Notes under the pieces: model-generated
Told to the model about the DNA's origin: nothing
What the model saw: the letters and a program-made list of their open reading frames with translations, nothing else
Database searches by the model: none
Origin: Nitrospinaceae bacterium
GTDB lineage: Bacteria > Nitrospinota > Nitrospinia > Nitrospinales > VA-1
Assembly (NCBI GenBank): GCA_029261655.1
Contig: JAJDAY010000030.1
Location: 4,068 to 68,067 of the forward strand
Reading direction: 5' to 3'
DNA: 64,000 nucleotides
Shown: one piece after another, positions 1-9,397 of the stretch
Position numbering within the stretch: the stretch's first letter is position 1
Layout of the letters: the number at the start of each line of letters is the position of its first letter
Program-made: the position numbers and the translations under genes

Positions 1-2
1 GG

Positions 3-65
3 AAACCAGAAAAAAAAGAGGTTGAGTTAAAACCCGAAAAACCGTCCACGTCCGCACAAAAATAG
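3..65 (+). CDS. Possible 3' end of an upstream gene (partial, ...KPEKKEVELKPEKPSTSAQK*)
   Basis: Frame is open from the window edge to TAG at 63-65 and co-oriented with the next gene. No family recognisable. Confidence 0.3.
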   Translation, partial: KPEKKEVELKPEKPSTSAQK

Positions 66-143
66 GTTGACCTCCTGCCCTGTTTGACGATAGCCTTACC
101 AAACCAGTTCCCCAATTTAATAGCTCAGGAAGTGACCTATAAT

Positions 144-683
144 ATGACACCAGAAAAAAATAAATTTTCAGGTTTGGGAAAGCTTTTGCAGATCGCTCTT
201 TTCCTGCTGATCGTGTTGGGTTTTGCAAACGCAGGCTTGGCAGAGACCTTGTACGTAAAAAAATCCGACACCAAACTACAGGCTACGGATTCTGCGAAAT
301 CGGAGGTGATCGCAAAACTGGATGAGGGAACCCCGGTCACCGTGATCAAAAAACTGAAACGGTTTTATCAGGTGTCAGAGCCAGGCGGTAAAAAGGGGTG
401 GGTTTTCAAATTCAAACTCACCTCAAAAGCCCCGGAAAAATCCTCCGGCGGTTCCGGCGAATTATTGGGCGCCTTGGGGGGGAAACAGAAAATCGCCGCC
501 AGAGAATCTTCTTCAGGGTCCAGCATCCGCGGATTGACTCCTGTTTCCGAGAATCACGCAAAAAAGAAAGGTATCTCAGCAGAAGATATTAAGGCTGTGA
601 AAGAGATGGAAACCTTTCAAGTCAGCCCGGAAGAAATGGAACTTTTCCTTAAAGAGGGGCGATTGGGTGAGTATGGGCAATAG
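144..683 (+). CDS. Secreted SH3b-domain protein
   Basis: Likely start ATG 144 (ORF track starts at 84). Signal peptide ending AGLA|ET, then an SH3b-like segment (TLYVKK...VIAKLDEGTPVTVI...FYQV...GWV) and a C-terminal SSIRGL segment. Confidence 0.75.
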   Translation: MTPEKNKFSGLGKLLQIALFLLIVLGFANAGLAETLYVKKSDTKLQATDSAKSEVIAKLDEGTPVTVIKKLKRFYQVSEPGGKKGWVFKFKLTSKAPEKSSGGSGELLGALGGKQKIAARESSSGSSIRGLTPVSENHAKKKGISAEDIKAVKEMETFQVSPEEMELFLKEGRLGEYGQ

Positions 684-734
684 TCTTTAAACCGTATTTT
701 TACTTTCGCGATACGTTTTCAGGTCCAGCATAAA

Positions 735-1784
735 ATGAAAAAAAATTTCACAATTCTCGCCCTGGCCGTCACGAGTCTGATCTGGGTTCAATCGTGTCGT
801 ACCGTAGACTCCAAGAGTGTCGGTGATTTCGTGGACAGCGTGTCGAAAAATTTTAATGATGTCGTGGATGACATGCAGGGCAGGGGAGAGCAATCGCGGC
901 AGGCCCATGCGGAAAAGAATGCCCCCCAGAAAAAAGAATCTCTCGGTCAGGAGGCTGGCGGTGGCGGATTGATCGGCGTCGCGGAGTCTTTGGGAATTGA
1001 CAGGCAAACGGCGAAAATTGCGAAAAGTGCCGTCGGTTTGGCGCAGGCGCTTCAACCGATTGGGCTGGAAGAAGAGTTGACTCTCGGCGGTTCGCTTGCC
1101 TTGGAAGTGGTGCACAAATTTGGCGGATTGTATAAGAACCCCGCTCTGCAAAACTATGTCAATCTCGTGGGAAAATCATTGGCCGATGTGTCCGACCGTC
1201 CCGAAATCGACTACCATTTTGCGGTTTTGAATACCGATCACCCCAACGGCTTTGCCACTCCCGGCGGGTATGTTTTCGTCAGTATCGGCTTGCTCAGGCT
1301 TCTCGAAAGTGAAGCTCAATTGGCCGGAGTGTTAGGACACGAAATCGCTCACATCACCCAAAAGCACGCCCTGGAAACCCTCAAGCGCAGTAAAATTCTC
1401 TCAGGAATGAGTAGCCTGACCATGTCCGCTATGAATAAAAACGAGGGTATGTTTAATAAGGTCATTCTTGAAGCGTCCAACACGCTTTTTACCCACGGGC
1501 TGGACAAGGATCTGGAGTATGAAGCGGATAAACTGGGCATGGAATACGCTTACAGGATGGGCTACAAACCATCCGGCTTGCAAGAGTTCATAGAAATTCT
1601 GGACAAATCCAGCCTGGGGAAAACATCCATTTACTTCAGCACGCATCCTAGCTTCCCGGACCGGTTGCTGGGGCTTGGCCAGCTTTTACCCCAATATAAA
1701 GGAGGGGATCATTACCCCGTCCTCGCCGCGCGGTATCAGTCCAGAGTTAAAGAGCAACTATCTAAAGTGAATGGGCAACTTTGA
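735..1784 (+). CDS. M48 family Zn metallopeptidase (BepA/YfgC-like catalytic domain), possible lipoprotein
   Basis: Motifs PNGFATPGG, LAGVLGHEIAH (HExxH), EYEAD and STHP. N-terminal hydrophobic stretch ends in VQSC. Confidence 0.9.
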   Translation: MKKNFTILALAVTSLIWVQSCRTVDSKSVGDFVDSVSKNFNDVVDDMQGRGEQSRQAHAEKNAPQKKESLGQEAGGGGLIGVAESLGIDRQTAKIAKSAVGLAQALQPIGLEEELTLGGSLALEVVHKFGGLYKNPALQNYVNLVGKSLADVSDRPEIDYHFAVLNTDHPNGFATPGGYVFVSIGLLRLLESEAQLAGVLGHEIAHITQKHALETLKRSKILSGMSSLTMSAMNKNEGMFNKVILEASNTLFTHGLDKDLEYEADKLGMEYAYRMGYKPSGLQEFIEILDKSSLGKTSIYFSTHPSFPDRLLGLGQLLPQYKGGDHYPVLAARYQSRVKEQLSKVNGQL

Positions 1785-2349
1785 AATAGGAAGAAATTTT
1801 TTGGACCACCCTGATGTTCTGTTCTTTATCCTGAACCCGGTAGAAAACTAAATGAAAAAAATATTTGCATTCCTGATACTGGCCGGCGTGAGCCTGATTC
1901 TTACTCAAATGTCGCATTCATTCGACTTTGGTGGATTGCTGGAAGACTTGACGACAAAGCCGCAACCCAAATCCCCACCCGCGAAACAACCGTCTTCCAA
2001 GGAACCACCCCCTGAACAAGGGGAGGGAGGGTTGCTCGGCCTGGGCGAAGCCCTGGGGGTTTTCGATAAAAAAACATCGCGGATTTTGCAAAAGAGCGTG
2101 GGTGCCGTGCAGTCGTTTCAACCGATCGGGCTGGAAGAAGAATTGACTCTCGGTGGTTCGCTTGCCTTGGAAGTGGTGCACAAATTTGGTGGATTGTATA
2201 AGAACCCCGCTCTGCAAAACTATGTCAATCTCGTGGGCAAATCCTTGGCCGACGTATCCGACCGTCCCGAAATCGACTATCACTTTGCGGTTTTAAATAC
2301 CGACCATCCCAACGCGTTTGCCACTCCGGGCGGGTATGTGTTTGTCAGC
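1051..2349 (+). repeat. Direct repeat of about 230 bp (1051-1283 vs 2117-2349) shared by the two M48 genes
   Basis: Both copies encode the identical peptide QPIGLEEELTLGGSLALEVVHKFGGLYKNPALQNYVNLVGKSLADVSDRPEIDYHFAVLNTDHPN. DNA differences are mostly synonymous. Confidence 0.9.
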
Positions 2350-2829
2350 GTGGGTTTGCTCAGGCTGTTACAAAACGAAGCCCAGCTGGCGGGAGTGCTG
2401 GGCCATGAAGTCGCTCATATCACCAAGAAGCACGCCCTGCAAACCTTGAAACGCAGTAAAATGCTCTCAGGCGTGAGCGGCTTGACCATGGCCGCCCTGG
2501 ACAAAGACGAAGGTTTGTTCGGTCAGCTCATCAACGAGATGTCGAATATTCTCTTCACGCATGGGTTGGACAAGGACCTGGAGTTTGAAGCCGATAAATT
2601 CGGCATGGAATACGCCTACAGAATGGGTTATCACCCGGCGGGATTGAAAGAGTTTATTCAAATCCTGGGCCAGTCCAGTTCGAGTAAATCTTCTATCTTT
2701 CTCAGCACGCATCCGGGACCAGCGGAACGATTTCAGGGACTCAGTCGGCTTTTACCGCAATATAAAGGAGTGGGGCTCTACCCGGTTCTCGCCAGGCGGT
2801 ATCAATCGACCGTTAAAGGACAGCTGTGA
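1852..2829 (+). CDS. M48 family Zn metallopeptidase, second paralog
   Basis: Motifs PNAFATPGG, GHEVAH, EFEAD and STHP. Sec-type signal peptide followed by a Pro/Lys-rich linker. Confidence 0.9.
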   Translation: MKKIFAFLILAGVSLILTQMSHSFDFGGLLEDLTTKPQPKSPPAKQPSSKEPPPEQGEGGLLGLGEALGVFDKKTSRILQKSVGAVQSFQPIGLEEELTLGGSLALEVVHKFGGLYKNPALQNYVNLVGKSLADVSDRPEIDYHFAVLNTDHPNAFATPGGYVFVSVGLLRLLQNEAQLAGVLGHEVAHITKKHALQTLKRSKMLSGVSGLTMAALDKDEGLFGQLINEMSNILFTHGLDKDLEFEADKFGMEYAYRMGYHPAGLKEFIQILGQSSSSKSSIFLSTHPGPAERFQGLSRLLPQYKGVGLYPVLARRYQSTVKGQL

Positions 2830-3323
2830 AGCCGGCAGGAATTTTTCGGGAAGAGCTTCCTGGAGAAAAAAAGAGCATCGTCAATTTATTAATGACGGGG
2901 TATATCGTCGTTATTTCCTGTTTGGGCTATGCCGCGTTTTATATTTTTATCCAGATGGTGCAGTTGGAACGCATTGTCGCCACCATCAATGTCCAAACCC
3001 AAACCCCGGAACAAGTTCAATTACTGCGAGATCGGATGACCCGGACCACCGATCAGTTGCGCAATGAAATCGTGGGCCTCGCTATTTTTGGAAGTGTGAT
3101 TTGCCTGATTGGCGGAGGTTACACGATCAACATGGTGGTCAGGCCTCTGCGCAGACTCGTCGAGTTTGCTGAAAGTAATGGCAGAACCCCGCTTCCCGAA
3201 TTTAAATCCAACACAGAGCTTAAGCAGTTGGCCACAGCCTTGGGCGAGAAGTTTACGGAAAGCGATGTCCCCGAGGCAAAAGCCGAGGCACAAAAAAATC
3301 CTCCCACAAACGGTAAGGGCTGA
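2826..3323 (+). CDS. Two-TM membrane protein with a HAMP-like C-terminus and no output domain
   Basis: Two hydrophobic helices flank a short helical loop, followed by VVRPLRRLVEFAE...ELKQLATAL (HAMP-like). The GTG start overlaps the upstream TGA. Confidence 0.65.
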   Translation: MKPAGIFREELPGEKKSIVNLLMTGYIVVISCLGYAAFYIFIQMVQLERIVATINVQTQTPEQVQLLRDRMTRTTDQLRNEIVGLAIFGSVICLIGGGYTINMVVRPLRRLVEFAESNGRTPLPEFKSNTELKQLATALGEKFTESDVPEAKAEAQKNPPTNGKG

Positions 3324-3370
3324 TTCCTGAAGCCCAATCAGACTCCTTTAATCAGCAACAAAATGATTTG

Positions 3371-4123
3371 TCAGGAACCGGCATAACCATTGGTCATACG
3401 GTCCAGTTGCGAGGGGAAGGAAAAAACTTCCTGGCGGGGAACCCCGATTTCATCCAGCAATTGCACAAAGAAAAAATAGTCCATATTATTTTTCAACGTA
3501 TCCAAAGCGGTGGCCACCTTCATTTCGTCGTGGGAGATGGGAACAAACTCTTCGCATATTTCGGGAACGGTCAACGAGAGTTCCCGTGGCCTGTCCAACA
3601 GAGGGGCTATCCGGGGAAGCTTATGAATTTTTTTTATGCCCCGATGGGCGGACTTTTCCATTTCCAGATATTTATTGCATTTCTCACGCAACAGCAATCC
3701 TTTTTCCCAGGCGCCCGATTGACTCCAACCCGTTTTAAGCGCCTTTCCCGGTTTTTTTTCAGCCAATAGAGTCAAATCCCGCATCTCTTGTTGGCGCGTC
3801 TCTTTTTTCGATTCCCTGGTTTCCTCCCGCGCTTCAAATTCTTCCTCCCGTTGCCCCAATCTAAAATCATCGTTTTCCTGAACTTTCTTTTTCCTGGAAA
3901 GGTAGCGAACGGTGAGGACTTGTTCATAAGTCATTCGGTCAAGCTCCGTGTAACTTTTCAGGGCTTTCTTAAATTCAAATGATTTGGCATGAACCAGCAT
4001 CGCTTCATAATTCGCAGGGTCTTTCTCTTTCAATGCTGCCATTACCGGAGTTATTTTTTTCCAGGCCAGCACGCCGCCCCCTGCCAGGGCGAGAACCAGA
4101 ATAAATATGATCGCTTTTTTCAT
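3371..4123 (-). CDS. Hypothetical membrane-anchored protein
   Basis: 250-aa ORF with an N-terminal signal/anchor (MKKAIIFILVLALAGGGVLAW) and a charged helical body. Confidence 0.7.
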   Translation of the reverse strand: MKKAIIFILVLALAGGGVLAWKKITPVMAALKEKDPANYEAMLVHAKSFEFKKALKSYTELDRMTYEQVLTVRYLSRKKKVQENDDFRLGQREEEFEAREETRESKKETRQQEMRDLTLLAEKKPGKALKTGWSQSGAWEKGLLLREKCNKYLEMEKSAHRGIKKIHKLPRIAPLLDRPRELSLTVPEICEEFVPISHDEMKVATALDTLKNNMDYFFFVQLLDEIGVPRQEVFSFPSQLDRMTNGYAGS

Positions 4124-4413
4124 AGAACCCGTTTTTTAATCATCCAGATTATTGCCCATCTAAGCCTTGTTACCTGATCGGCATTTAACAGGAAAAACAA
4201 AACATCTATGGCCTGCGTGACACCGAAACCTTCGTGGAAGAAGACCTGAAAAACCCGGTGCTCTGCTTCTTGACTAAATGATAGCGATATAAAATTTAAC
4301 GTTCTTTGAGATCAGGGCAGAGAGAGCCTGTTTCGTGCAGAAGATTTTAGCTCAGCGTTGTGGGGGCTGTTGTTGGATCGAAGGGGAAAGCTGGCAGGAG
4401 GATTAGAGATACT

Positions 4414-5970
4414 CTAATGTTTGAAATGGCGGATGCCGGTAAAGACCATCGCGATCTTATGCTCGTTTGCGGCCTGGATCACTTCCTCATCCCGGATGGA
4501 CCCTCCGGGTTGGATGATCGCCGAAACACCGCTTTTGGCCGCGGCATCGACCGAGTCCCTGAACGGGAAAAACGCGTCCGAAGCCATGACGCTTCCCGGT
4601 AACGGTTTTTGCGCTTTGTCAACCGCAAGCCTGGCGGAGTCCACCCGGCTCATCTGGCCCGCGCCCATCCCGATGGTTTCCTGATTTCGGGCATAAATGA
4701 TGGCATTGGATTTGACATGTTTGGCAATCACCCAGGCGAATTTCAAATCCTTCATTTCCTGTTCAGAGGGTTGCTTTTCTGTCACCACTTTCAGTTTGTC
4801 GGGATCGTAAGTCACGGTGTCCAGGTCCTGAAGCAAAAGACCACCGCCGATGCGTTTGAAATCTTTCCTTGCCCCTGACCGGGAAGAATCTGTTGCGGGC
4901 ATCTCAAGCAAGCGGATATTTTTTTTAGAGGCGAGCAGTTCAAGGGCTTTTTTGTCGAATCCCGGAGCCACGACCGCTTCCACAAAGTTTTTAAGAATTT
5001 CCTTTGCGACCTCTTCTCTTAATGGACGGTTGAAACTCAGAATGCCTCCGAACGCCGAAGTTGGGTCGGTTTCTCTCGCCTGGATAAATGCCTGCAATTG
5101 ATCTTCGTTCAAGGCCACGCCCGATGGGTTGGTGTGCTTGATGATGACTGCGGCGCTGGATTCAAATTCGGTTACCAGTTCCCAGGCGGCGTTCAAATCA
5201 AGGAGGTTGTTGAACGAAAGTTCTTTCCCCTGAAGCTTACGGGCCGAGACGATGTCAGAGGGTGCGGCGGAAGAATGTCTGTACAAGGCGGCTGATTGAT
5301 GCGGGTTTTCACCGTAGCGCAAGTCCTGTACTTTTTCGTAAGCCTCTTGAAACACCGGTGGAAAGGGCGACTCCTCCCCGGCCTGATTCGATAGGTATTT
5401 TGAAATCATGGCATCGTATCGGGCGGTATGGGTGAAGGCATCCCGGCTCAGGCGTTTCCGGGTTGTTAACGTGACCCCGCCTTCATTTGCCTGCATTTCC
5501 TTTAGAACGGTTGCATAATCTTTTGGGTCAACGACCACGGCGACATCGTTAAAATTTTTTGCCGCGGAGCGCACCATCGCAGGACCGCCGATGTCTATAT
5601 TTTCCACCGCTTCGTCGAAGGTGCAGTCTTTTTTGGCGATGGTTTTTTCAAATGGATAGAGGTTGACGGCGACCAGATCAATGGTGTCGATGCCGTGCTC
5701 CTTCATGGCCTGCATGTGTTCGGTCATGTCCCGGCGTCCGAGGATGCCGCCATGCACTTTCGGGTGCAGGGTTTTAACGCGGCCATCCATCATTTCAGGA
5801 AAGCCCGTGTAGTCGGACACCAGACGGACCGGGACGCCGTTTTTCTTCAGCAGTTCGGAGGTGCCGCCGGTGGAAAGGATCTGGACGCCAAGCGCATTCA
5901 GTTTTTGCGCAAATTCCAGAACTCCCGTCTTGTCGGAAACACTGATCAATGCATTTTTAATGGATCTCAT
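4414..5970 (-). CDS. purH: Bifunctional AICAR transformylase / IMP cyclohydrolase
   Basis: Motifs ALISVSDKTG, GRVKTLHPKVHGGIL, ENIDIGGP, LRYGENPHQ, SDAFFPF and FTGIRHFKH. Confidence 0.98.
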   Translation of the reverse strand: MRSIKNALISVSDKTGVLEFAQKLNALGVQILSTGGTSELLKKNGVPVRLVSDYTGFPEMMDGRVKTLHPKVHGGILGRRDMTEHMQAMKEHGIDTIDLVAVNLYPFEKTIAKKDCTFDEAVENIDIGGPAMVRSAAKNFNDVAVVVDPKDYATVLKEMQANEGGVTLTTRKRLSRDAFTHTARYDAMISKYLSNQAGEESPFPPVFQEAYEKVQDLRYGENPHQSAALYRHSSAAPSDIVSARKLQGKELSFNNLLDLNAAWELVTEFESSAAVIIKHTNPSGVALNEDQLQAFIQARETDPTSAFGGILSFNRPLREEVAKEILKNFVEAVVAPGFDKKALELLASKKNIRLLEMPATDSSRSGARKDFKRIGGGLLLQDLDTVTYDPDKLKVVTEKQPSEQEMKDLKFAWVIAKHVKSNAIIYARNQETIGMGAGQMSRVDSARLAVDKAQKPLPGSVMASDAFFPFRDSVDAAAKSGVSAIIQPGGSIRDEEVIQAANEHKIAMVFTGIRHFKH

Positions 5971-5976
5971 CAAATA

Positions 5977-6156
5977 TCAGATTCTAACGTTTTTCTTTTT
6001 AGGTGGGGTTTTACTGATTAAGGAATCGGGGGTGAGCGCCTGGATAATGCGGATCAACCAGACGGGAAACGATCCGATGGTCTCAAACAGTCCGGGTTCC
6101 TTGTGTCGTTGTACCGGTGTGGCGGCCTTTTTCAGGGGTTGGTTTTCTTCGCTCAT
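5977..6156 (-). CDS. Small hypothetical protein (59 aa) immediately upstream of purH
   Basis: ATG 6156 preceded by GAGG. Its stop codon lies 6 nt before the purH ATG. Confidence 0.45.
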   Translation of the reverse strand: MSEENQPLKKAATPVQRHKEPGLFETIGSFPVWLIRIIQALTPDSLISKTPPKKKNVRI

Positions 6157-6373
6157 GGATTGCCTCAAAGGTAAACATAAAGGTCTGGTATTCCACCCGC
6201 TCCAAACCCGATTCATTCTATAAGAGTTGCGGAATGATACTCTTTTTCGCCCCTATTTAAAATAAAAAAATTGAGCGGCTAAAACTGAGTAATTCGTAAA
6301 TTCCCAGTTGTTTTGGGTTGGCCTTTTGCAAAAAATCCGCGCACCGAACCTCTTTCCATTCCCAGAGAGCGAT

Positions 6374-8152
6374 CTATAATTTAATGCAAAGTCCGTGGGT
6401 GTATTTCCACTCCACGACCCCCTTGGGATCTATCCGGCCAAACTGGATTTTCAGGTTTTCTACACATTGGCCAATCGCTTCCTGGAGAAATTTTTTGTCC
6501 GCGTCCGTCCAGGCCATGGGGTTGAGCAACAGCTGGTCGTGGAAGGATTGGACGATATCCTCGTTGCAGACCTTGTCGTCTTCATTGAAAACTTTTGGAA
6601 GAAAGATGAGCTCCAGAAAACTTCTGGCCGCCACCTCAAGCAAGGGTTGGCAGGAGATCTCCTTAAAGAGAGAAAACCTTGCAAGCGCGGTTGTCGTCCA
6701 GAAAATGAAATCCATTTCGGCTTTATCTTCAGGAATGTCGCAATCCTCTAAAATCTGTCTCATTGATCTTTCAGTGAGGTTCAGACAATGTTTGGAAAAC
6801 CGGACCCAGAAAGTCCATCGGAGCAAAAGATTTTCCGTGTTCTGAATATCCTCAAGAGTTCCAAAATCTCTCGCTTTCAGGGGTTCCCTGGGGTCATTGA
6901 TTTGTGGAAACCGGTAGACCAGAGCCGCCATCTGTTCTTTTTCGGCGACCGTAAACAGCAGGTCTAAAAAGGCGCCCTGCTCCTTTAACAAGGCTTCCGC
7001 TTTCCACTTCAAACCCAACAGCCGGTGATGCCCGGCCTGAAAAAGAAACTGCATCCAGGTGCGTTCCAGAAGTCTTTTGCCTTTTTGGGAGTCGCCCTGG
7101 GCGGCAATTTCCAGCCCGATGTTAATGTAACCCAAAATTTTTCCGATAATTTTCTTCCGGTTTTCAAGGTTTGCGGGGTCTTCCCGGTCGGCGACCATGA
7201 CTTTATTTGCCAGGCACGTGAGCTCCCAGTGAATCGCGTCCAGGCGATTCTGGTCCTCTAACATGGCTATAGATTGTCCTAAAAAACTTGCAGAGTCCGC
7301 ATGGGCTAATAAATACTGGGGCGGGAGCTGATAAACTTCCGCGTCATTAAAGTTCACAGGATCGGGAACTTTCAGATTCAGAGATTCAGGGTCGAGCTGG
7401 CTGTAGATCCCCATCGCTTCTTCCAGGTCTGGAATGCCCCGCTCGGAAATACGCGAGTTTCTCCACTGGTAGGCTTTTTCAACCGTGGGAGTCAACGGAT
7501 ACCAAATGACCGCTTCCATGAGGGAATAAAACACCGATGGATGGGCGGCCACAAGAAGAGTGAGGAGCTTTTTAACAGGTTCAAAGTTCTGGGTTGTAAA
7601 AAAAATATCGTAAATCCCATCGGGCGAATAATGGGGCAACCCCTCGGTTCCTGCATAGGAATCTGTCATTTCATCCTGTTTGAAAACCTTGATGAGAGCC
7701 TGCAACAGCATCACCTTTTGGTCGAACTCTTCGGTCATGAACCAGTCAAGAATCTTGGGTTCATCACATTTATCCAGAAGATCCACCCAGTCTAAAGCCC
7801 GTTTGGGTTGAAACTTGTCGCCAATCCACCATTCAAGATCAAATATATATTGCAACTGATCTTCGTTTGCCAGAGATAAAAGGGTCATGGCATCTTCTTC
7901 TCCTATGACTTTTATCATCTGATAAATCTCTTCAGGGGGAATCAGGTTGACCACTTCCAGCGCCTGCTCAGAAAGAAGCAGGAGGTTTTGTTTTTGCTCT
8001 TCCGGGCATTGCATGACGCAACGTGCCTGTTCCTCCACAGGCATGGCGGATAATAACTTTTCCACTTCCCTGGGTTTTTGGGAAATCCAGCCCACAGGAA
8101 AAGGCAATTGATTGAAGGATATATTTTCGACGGGTTTATTCGTTGCAGGCAT
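6374..8152 (-). CDS. Conserved hypothetical protein, DUF6178-like
   Basis: 592 aa with IGEEDA...QLQYIFDLEWW, YQWRNSRISERG and ELTCLANKVMVAD...GYINIGLE segments typical of this family. Recognised from memory, not by search. Confidence 0.7.
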   Translation of the reverse strand: MPATNKPVENISFNQLPFPVGWISQKPREVEKLLSAMPVEEQARCVMQCPEEQKQNLLLLSEQALEVVNLIPPEEIYQMIKVIGEEDAMTLLSLANEDQLQYIFDLEWWIGDKFQPKRALDWVDLLDKCDEPKILDWFMTEEFDQKVMLLQALIKVFKQDEMTDSYAGTEGLPHYSPDGIYDIFFTTQNFEPVKKLLTLLVAAHPSVFYSLMEAVIWYPLTPTVEKAYQWRNSRISERGIPDLEEAMGIYSQLDPESLNLKVPDPVNFNDAEVYQLPPQYLLAHADSASFLGQSIAMLEDQNRLDAIHWELTCLANKVMVADREDPANLENRKKIIGKILGYINIGLEIAAQGDSQKGKRLLERTWMQFLFQAGHHRLLGLKWKAEALLKEQGAFLDLLFTVAEKEQMAALVYRFPQINDPREPLKARDFGTLEDIQNTENLLLRWTFWVRFSKHCLNLTERSMRQILEDCDIPEDKAEMDFIFWTTTALARFSLFKEISCQPLLEVAARSFLELIFLPKVFNEDDKVCNEDIVQSFHDQLLLNPMAWTDADKKFLQEAIGQCVENLKIQFGRIDPKGVVEWKYTHGLCIKL

Positions 8153-8303
8153 TTAAGCTCATACTTTCATTTTCAACAGATAGCACGGTTGATCGGCCGC
8201 AATCGCAAGATGCGCCGACCGCTAAAAACCGGATCAGGTATAAAGATTGAAAAAGATTATAGACCCAATAGCCCGTGCATACAACTTTGGGGGAAAAACG
8301 GGG

Positions 8304-9080
8304 TCATCGGGGGGAAAGCATGGCCACCGTCAACATTCGGCCTGTTGTTCCCTCGCGGCGGTAGGAGAAAAAACGTTCCACCTCGCAGAAAGTGCAAACC
8401 CCGGTTTTTGAAATGTTTTCAGGTTCAATTCCGGCCGTTATGGCATCCTCCCGGTTGGCAGAAAATAAATCGAGCATGAATTTTCCCGACGGCAACGGCT
8501 TTATAAGTCCCGCCCGATCGGGATAAAGTTTTTTGAAGGGTTCAATGCAGTCCGCACCCACCTCATAACAGCACACATCTATGCCCGGCCCCATTTCCGC
8601 CAGTATATCCCTGGGGTCGCATCCATAAAGATTTTGCATGGCCAGGATGGTTTTGGAAATTACTTTCAGCGCCGTGCCTTTTCTTCCCGCATGAATCACT
8701 CCGGTCACATGCAGGCGGGGGTCATAAACAACAATGGGGATGCAGTCAGCCGTCAAGACCCCGATGGGCCTGCCTGCCAGCCGGGTGACGATCGCATCGG
8801 CGGGAGTATCAGCAATCCGGGCTGAGGATGCGGAAGCGCTTTTCAAATCATAAACCGCGTCTCCGTGAACTTGCCGGACCAGAAATACCTCTTCTTTGTT
8901 CATCCCGATGGACTGCAAAAACCATTTTATGTTTGAACGTGTGGAAGGGTTCCCGGTGGAAAAATCCAATACGCCCGTTGTGCCATCTTTTAGTTCATGG
9001 CTTCTGGGACTGAAAGCGTGGGCCAGGCCAGGTTGGCTTTTTAATGGACTTATTGGGTGCAAATGGGGGGGTGGTTTCAT
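8304..9080 (-). CDS. pgeF: Peptidoglycan editing factor / YfiH-type laccase-domain protein
   Basis: Motifs QVHG, ADAIVT, TADCIP, IHAGRKG, GPGI..CCYEVG, CTFC and FFSYRR. Confidence 0.92.
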   Translation of the reverse strand: MKPPPHLHPISPLKSQPGLAHAFSPRSHELKDGTTGVLDFSTGNPSTRSNIKWFLQSIGMNKEEVFLVRQVHGDAVYDLKSASASSARIADTPADAIVTRLAGRPIGVLTADCIPIVVYDPRLHVTGVIHAGRKGTALKVISKTILAMQNLYGCDPRDILAEMGPGIDVCCYEVGADCIEPFKKLYPDRAGLIKPLPSGKFMLDLFSANREDAITAGIEPENISKTGVCTFCEVERFFSYRREGTTGRMLTVAMLSPR

Positions 9081-9300
9081 GGAAAAGGGTGTTTTTTTTA
9101 AATTTTTATTTTATTGTGAAAAAATGGGCATCCGCCGTTTTCCCGGCCCGTTTTTTTTGAAAATTTGTCAGCGTGCCGACCAGCCAGTATACACGCGGGT
9201 TTCAGGAGGGTATGAAAAATCCATAAGAACGGTAAACGGTTGACCGCCGGGACCGCGCACTGGTTTCATACCGGGGTAGCGTTTTAATGTCAATATTTTC

Positions 9301-9328
9301 TTGACTTTAGCCCCCTATGGAATAAAAT
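9301..9328 (+). promoter_or_regulatory. Predicted sigma70 promoter of the histone-like gene
   Basis: TTGACT (9301-9306), 16-nt spacer, TAAAAT (9323-9328). The -35 is half of the palindrome GTCAA-N7-TTGAC (9289-9305). Confidence 0.6.
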
Positions 9329-9397
9329 ATTTATATTATCCTTTGAGCGCTGAAGCAAATGTCTTTTTGGGATTATCAAGGCTAAAAGGAGATCTTG

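Noticed and set aside
9273-9283. GGGGTAGCGT resembling an ops (RfaH) element
   Set aside because: It deviates from GGCGGTAG and lies upstream of the predicted promoter, not in a long operon leader.
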